A stretch of DNA of 64,000 bases, taken from Acidobacteriota bacterium (GTDB lineage: Bacteria; Acidobacteriota; UBA890; WLXD01). The position numbers and the translations under genes were made by a program. Below the pieces are notes generated by a model. The model was given only the letters and a program-made list of their open reading frames with translations. It was not told the origin of the DNA and made no database searches. Where the stretch lies: NCBI GenBank assembly GCA_965205505.1, contig CBDBHB010000009.1, positions 384,001 to 448,000 on the forward strand, read 5' to 3'. Of the stretch, positions 59,389 to 64,000 are shown piece by piece. Each line of letters begins with the position of its first letter. Positions within the stretch are counted from its first letter, which is position 1.

Positions 59389-60933
59389 TTACCAGGGTCT
59401 TGGCGCGACACGCGGCAGCTTCTCGTCGCGCATGGCGGCGTGGTACACGAAGGTAGCCAGGATCACGGTGTTGGCCATCAGGTGCTCTTCCACCAGTCGG
59501 TCGTAGACGTCCATGTTGGAGTGCGTGTGGGCATCGCCGTCGAGGTCGTCCTGAACGAAGTAGTAGCCCGGCAGGCCGACCTCTTCGTAGGCCTCGTGCT
59601 GCATGCCGGTGGTGAACAGGTGGGACATGCCGAGGCCGCCCAGTGGTTTCATCCACTGGCTGAAGATCGATCGGATGACCTCATTGCCCATGATCGAGAC
59701 GCCGCGGATTCTGCCGCTACCGTGATCGACGTTGAAGTAGGCCGAGAGATTGTCGTAGTCGGCTTTGTACTGGCGTGTCTTGACGTCGGCGAAGTTGGCG
59801 GCGACGTGGGCGCGGTTTCCGAAGACACCCATCTCGTGGCCGCCCCAGAGGCCGACGCGCACGGTGCGTTGCGGCTGGATCCCCAGTTCCTGGAAGATGC
59901 GCATGACCTCCATCGACACCACGACCCCGGCGGCGTCGTCGGTCGCGCCTGTGCCCGCCGGATTCGCTTGCAGGTGGCCGCCCAGCAGCACAAGCTCGTC
60001 GGCCAGATCCGTGCCTGGAATCTCGGCGACAACGTTGTAGTCGAGGGTGTCCTCGTCGGTGAAGCGCACGCGGAGATCCAGCTCGATCTCGACGGCGATG
60101 CCCTTTTCGAGGATGCGGAGGATGCGGTTGTAGTGCTCGGCGGCCATGAATAGCTCCGTGTGCGGGGGCGGCGCATCGGGCTCCCATGGCCGTGTTTCGA
60201 GCGTGTAGCCAGTGTTGGAGACGGTCACGGTGCCGTAATCGCCTCGGCCGTCGGTACGGACGATGGCAAGGGCGCCCTCGCTGACAACGAAGTCGATGAT
60301 CTGCCGCCGGCCGAGCCGGCCTGAATCGCGTCTCCGGTTGCGCCGCTCGGGTGTCGGGCCGATCGGGATGCGTGCCATCTCGTCGAGCTGCGCGTCGGTG
60401 AAGATGGTCGAGCGGGGCGTGAACTGCGTCGGGAGCTGTTGCGCCGGATGCGTAAGCACGATGGCGTTGTGCAGCTTTCCACGGTAGCGCTCTAGGTCGG
60501 CTTCCGACTCGATCGAGCCGAAGTCCAGGTAGACGGCAGTGCCGACTACTCGGCCATCGGTGCCGGCCGACCAGGTTGCCGGATAGGCGATGATCGGCAT
60601 GTATTGCGGCGTCATCATGTGCACCGAGATGTACTCGTTCACGTAGCCGCTACCAAACTCGTACGGTTCCAAGGCGGCGTTCGGCAGGCCGTACTGGATG
60701 AGGCGGTCGCGCGCCCACTCGGCCGCTGAGATGTACGACGGCGATTTGGCATTGCGTGGCCCGAACACATCCGTGAGCCAGCTGGCATTCTCCATGAGAT
60801 CGGAGTGCTCGAAGGCCTCCTGCATTATCGCGTCGACGACGTCCCAGTGGACGGGTTCCTGGGTCGACATGGCCGGAAGTGCGGCGACCCCCAGGAGCAC
60901 GACGCCGAGGCTGGCTCGAACCACCGTGCTCAT
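59389..60933 (-). CDS. M28 family protein with altered active-site residues, secreted
   Basis: Paralog of 22487-24088 but GGHLQ and WGGHEMG instead of GGHFD and WGSEEAG. Confidence 0.85.
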   Translation of the reverse strand: MSTVVRASLGVVLLGVAALPAMSTQEPVHWDVVDAIMQEAFEHSDLMENASWLTDVFGPRNAKSPSYISAAEWARDRLIQYGLPNAALEPYEFGSGYVNEYISVHMMTPQYMPIIAYPATWSAGTDGRVVGTAVYLDFGSIESEADLERYRGKLHNAIVLTHPAQQLPTQFTPRSTIFTDAQLDEMARIPIGPTPERRNRRRDSGRLGRRQIIDFVVSEGALAIVRTDGRGDYGTVTVSNTGYTLETRPWEPDAPPPHTELFMAAEHYNRILRILEKGIAVEIELDLRVRFTDEDTLDYNVVAEIPGTDLADELVLLGGHLQANPAGTGATDDAAGVVVSMEVMRIFQELGIQPQRTVRVGLWGGHEMGVFGNRAHVAANFADVKTRQYKADYDNLSAYFNVDHGSGRIRGVSIMGNEVIRSIFSQWMKPLGGLGMSHLFTTGMQHEAYEEVGLPGYYFVQDDLDGDAHTHSNMDVYDRLVEEHLMANTVILATFVYHAAMRDEKLPRVAPRPW

Positions 60934-60956
60934 GGACCCTCCGGCGCAGGATCGGC

Positions 60957-61871
60957 TCATCGCCACGTCGGCGCTGCACCGGGGCCGACCGGGGTCGCTG
61001 CCCTCGTAGCCAGGTCGATCAGATAGAGTGCCGGCCCATCGTCCGTGCTCACCGTGAGCAGGATCTGCTGGCCGTCGGGAGACCACTCCGGGTACGCGTC
61101 GCCGAACATCAGGCCGTCGGTGAGCTGTTGCTTGTCGTCGCCGCTGGCCTGCATGACCCAGAGGTGCTTTTGCTCCTCTCCTCCCGAGGCCCAGGCAATC
61201 CGCGTGCCGTCGGGCGAGAACGAGGGCCACTCGTCGAGCCCCGAGTTATCGGTCAGGCGCACGGTGGCGCCGGTCTCCAGGTCGTGACGGTAGATCTCCG
61301 GGTTGCCGTCGCGCCCCGACTCGAAGGTGATCGCGTCGCCCGCGGGAGACCAGCGCGCGTAGGCATCGGCGTCGCTGCCCGTTTCGATTCGCGTTCGGTC
61401 GTTCGATGCGAGGTCTTGGCCGAACAACCCGCGGCCGCCCTTTTCCAGCGCGATGGTGAGCAGTATGGTCGAGCCGTCGGGCGAGAAGTGCACCGGGTTA
61501 GCCATGCCAGCGATGAGTTCCGTGACCATCCCCGACTCGGCATCAAGGGCCATGAGAGCGACGCCGGCGACCGACTCGCCGAGAAACATCAGGCGCTCAC
61601 CGCCCGGTACCCAGGCTGCGTATCCAGCGTAGCCCATCGGCTCGGTGAGCTGCTCGGCGGCTCCGCTCTCCAGATCGAGGCCGAACAAGGTGCTACCGTT
61701 GGCGACCTCACGAGACACGACGATCCGAAAGTCGCGTGCCAAGGCCCTATCGCCACTGGACGCGTCGGCGCCCGGCATCGGCGGATCCGCGAGCGTGACG
61801 GCCTCTCGAGCGTCGCCACAGGCGACCGCGGCGGTGCTGAGCAAGGCCACCGCGGCGCGACCGAGCATCAA
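60957..61871 (-). CDS. TolB-like beta-propeller lipoprotein
   Basis: AVAC lipobox; FSPDG/WSP blades; SGRDGNPEIY. Confidence 0.85.
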   Translation of the reverse strand: MMLGRAAVALLSTAAVACGDAREAVTLADPPMPGADASSGDRALARDFRIVVSREVANGSTLFGLDLESGAAEQLTEPMGYAGYAAWVPGGERLMFLGESVAGVALMALDAESGMVTELIAGMANPVHFSPDGSTILLTIALEKGGRGLFGQDLASNDRTRIETGSDADAYARWSPAGDAITFESGRDGNPEIYRHDLETGATVRLTDNSGLDEWPSFSPDGTRIAWASGGEEQKHLWVMQASGDDKQQLTDGLMFGDAYPEWSPDGQQILLTVSTDDGPALYLIDLATRAATPVGPGAAPTWR

Positions 61872-62788
61872 TCCTGTGCCTCTTCTGCCCTTGTGGGCCC
61901 GATGGCGCGCAACGTCTCCAGGCTCGGGGAGACCATTACACGGCCGGCGGTGCGCTCATACATGGCGTATAGCTCGGGCATCTTGGCCTGCAGATCGACG
62001 GCATCGGTGATCGTCCACTCGTCGCCGCCCTGCGGGCCATAGTCCGCCTGCAGGTTCCAGGCGGTGGAGAGCACCCAGTAGGCGAACTCCTGTATGGCGA
62101 CCCGGAACCGCACTTCATCCTCGTCGATGTCGTCGTAGGAGCCGATGTCGTAGTAGCCGGCCGCCACGGCGCGATCCATCGCCTGGGCGAGCTCGGAGTC
62201 AGGGGAGATGCCCCATTCTGCCGGGAAGGCGAAGTGCAGCCCGACGTCGCTGACGTAGTGGAGGATGTGCTCGACGACCTCCATGACCTGTCCGTCGTCG
62301 ACCTCCATGATGATGTCGCATACGCTGTTCTGGCTGCGCACTGGGTCGAAGTGGCGGTCGAACTGCTCGTCTCGCTCCGGCTGTCCCACGAAGAACGGGA
62401 TGACCGCCCTGTGCTCGTACATGCTGCGCATCACACGCTGTTGGGCCGCCAGATCGAGGCCCTCGTCGGCTGGAAAGCTCTCGGTGACGGCATCCGCCAC
62501 CAGCTGCATGAACGGATCGGAGACGCTCGCATCGCCGATGAGCGTGAGCCCGTAAACGGTGAGCTCCTTGGTGAACGGCGGGTAGGTATCGCTGGTGGTG
62601 ATGTCGGTGCGGGTGTACAGGTCGTCTGGCACCGCTCCCAGTGGCGCGACGAGGATACAGCCGCCGAGAAGTCCGCTGGCGTCGGCGTTCTCCGGGGTGT
62701 CTTCTGCGGCCGGCGCCGGATCATCGGTTGGCGCTCCTCCGCAGGCAGCGAGAAACGTGAGCAGGACAGGTATGGTTAACGTCCGCAT
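61868..62788 (-). CDS. Divergent zincin-like lipoprotein, EHxxH (family member E)
   Basis: LAAC lipobox; PFTK, EVVEHILHYVSDVGL, A.DRAV..G.Y, QEFAYW, PELY. Confidence 0.7.
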   Translation of the reverse strand: MRTLTIPVLLTFLAACGGAPTDDPAPAAEDTPENADASGLLGGCILVAPLGAVPDDLYTRTDITTSDTYPPFTKELTVYGLTLIGDASVSDPFMQLVADAVTESFPADEGLDLAAQQRVMRSMYEHRAVIPFFVGQPERDEQFDRHFDPVRSQNSVCDIIMEVDDGQVMEVVEHILHYVSDVGLHFAFPAEWGISPDSELAQAMDRAVAAGYYDIGSYDDIDEDEVRFRVAIQEFAYWVLSTAWNLQADYGPQGGDEWTITDAVDLQAKMPELYAMYERTAGRVMVSPSLETLRAIGPTRAEEAQD

Positions 62789-62831
62789 GGAATCCTCCTA
62801 ACGGTGAAGAGATCGCAGAGGGCAGGGGTCG

Positions 62832-63851
62832 GTGAGCCAAGCATCGGTAGGGCGAAAGGAGATCGAGGAGGCCCATGCGCGCATCGCGCCGTACATCCAC
62901 CGCACGCCGGTGATGACGAGCTCGACGCTGGATCGGCGTTTCGGGGCCAGCTGTTTCTTCAAGTGCGAGAACTTCCAGAAGACCGGTGCGTTCAAGATTC
63001 GCGGCGCCTTCAACGCCGTCTTGTCGCTGACCGACGAGGAGGCGGCGCGCGGCATCGTTACCAGCTCCTCGGGCAACCACGCCGCGGCGGTGTCGCTGGC
63101 GGCGCGAACGCGCGGCATGCAGGCGCACATCGCCATGCCGAAGGTGGCGGTACGTTCCAAGGTGGCCGCCGTGCGGCGATACGGCGGCAACATTGTCTGG
63201 GTGGAAGGGAAGGGCGACATTCCCACCGCCGAGGAGTTCGACGCCACCGCCGCTGAAATCCAGGATTGTCTCGGCGCCAGCTCCGTGCACCCGTACGACG
63301 ACCTGCGGACTATCGCCGGGCAGGGCACCTGTGCCGTCGAGCTGCTCGCGGACGTGCCCGATCTCGACCTCGTGCTCGCCCCCGTCGGTGGCGGAGGCCT
63401 TCTCGGCGGCACGTGTATCGCGGCGGTGACGCGCGATCCGGCCGTCGCGGTTATCGGCTGTGAGCCGGAGTGCGCCGATGATGCTTTGCAGTCGTTGCGC
63501 CTGGGGACGATTGTGCCGCAGACCGATCCACGCACTCGTGCCGACGGGTTGCGCACCTCCCTCGGTGAGCGCAACTTCGCGATCATCGCTGAGCACGTTA
63601 CAGACATCGTCACCGTTTCGGAGGCCGGTATTCTCGCCGCCATGCGCCTGGTGTGGGAGACCATGAAGATCATCATCGAGCCGAGCGCTGCGGTACCGGT
63701 CGCGGTGCTTCTGGAGCGCCGTATCGAACCGGGGAGACGTCGAGTCGGATTGATCCTGAGCGGTGGCAACATCGATCTCGAGTCGTTGCCGCCCTGGTCG
63801 GAGATCGACATGGCGGCGTTCGAGGGTGCTGGGCCCGAGGCGACTCCCTGA
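62832..63851 (+). CDS. PLP-dependent threonine/serine dehydratase (serine racemase-like)
   Basis: KCENFQKTGAFKIRG, SSGNH, PVGGGGL, EPS, SGGN. Confidence 0.92.
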   Translation: MSQASVGRKEIEEAHARIAPYIHRTPVMTSSTLDRRFGASCFFKCENFQKTGAFKIRGAFNAVLSLTDEEAARGIVTSSSGNHAAAVSLAARTRGMQAHIAMPKVAVRSKVAAVRRYGGNIVWVEGKGDIPTAEEFDATAAEIQDCLGASSVHPYDDLRTIAGQGTCAVELLADVPDLDLVLAPVGGGGLLGGTCIAAVTRDPAVAVIGCEPECADDALQSLRLGTIVPQTDPRTRADGLRTSLGERNFAIIAEHVTDIVTVSEAGILAAMRLVWETMKIIIEPSAAVPVAVLLERRIEPGRRRVGLILSGGNIDLESLPPWSEIDMAAFEGAGPEATP

Positions 63852-63866
63852 CGAACCCGTCAAGAT

Positions 63867-63949
63867 TCAGCGCTCCTCGTAGATCTCGGGCGCATAGTCC
63901 ATCGGCGACCATTCTTCGGTGGGGAAGTAACGGCTGATGATTTCGTAGA
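63867..63949 (-). pseudogene. C-terminal fragment of a probable sixth zincin-family gene, cut by an insertion
   Basis: LYEIISRYFPTEEWSPMDYAPEIYEER* resembles DPELYEILSFLFP of member C; in-frame TGA immediately upstream within the inserted sequence. Confidence 0.55.
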
Positions 63950-64000
63950 GGTACTGTCAAGTTAACTCGAAATTGGCGAGAAACGCGTGATGTATGAACT
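63950..64000. mobile_element. Probable terminal inverted repeat/end of an IS6-family element
   Basis: Starts GGTACTGTCAAGTTAA (cf. IS26 GGCACTGTTGCAAA); abrupt GC drop; interrupts a reading frame; remainder lies outside the window. Confidence 0.5.

Overview
High-GC bacterial DNA, most likely Acidobacteriota (inferred from GWxTD proteins, a carboxypeptidase-regulatory-domain TonB-dependent receptor and the PQQ dehydrogenase/cytochrome c pairs). About 45 densely packed CDSs; no rRNA, tRNA, CRISPR array, integrase or intact transposase recognised. Main contents: (i) an expanded uncharacterised secreted zincin-like family in which HExxH is replaced by EExxH/EHxxH (5 genes plus 1 IS-cut fragment), twice found in a similar M28/M24 peptidase - zincin - amidohydrolase arrangement; (ii) a tandemly duplicated module of heme-c-fused PHM/DbM-type copper monooxygenase plus lipoprotein, between a PQQ dehydrogenase/diheme cytochrome c pair and a Tat-exported GMC oxidoreductase; (iii) a 28-bp CTAG-ended repeat (7 copies) that brackets a secreted atypical kinase gene, forms a 58-bp head-to-head doublet, supplies stop codons and sits in frame in one gene; (iv) an AKR/NicX-like/transporter operon sharing a 15-bp palindrome with a PQQ-GDH operon; (v) korAB, and several damaged genes (TBDR-GWxTD deletion fusion, frameshift, in-frame TAG, HigA and beta-propeller remnants, probable IS6 end at the right edge). 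All functional calls come from motif recognition by eye, not database searches.
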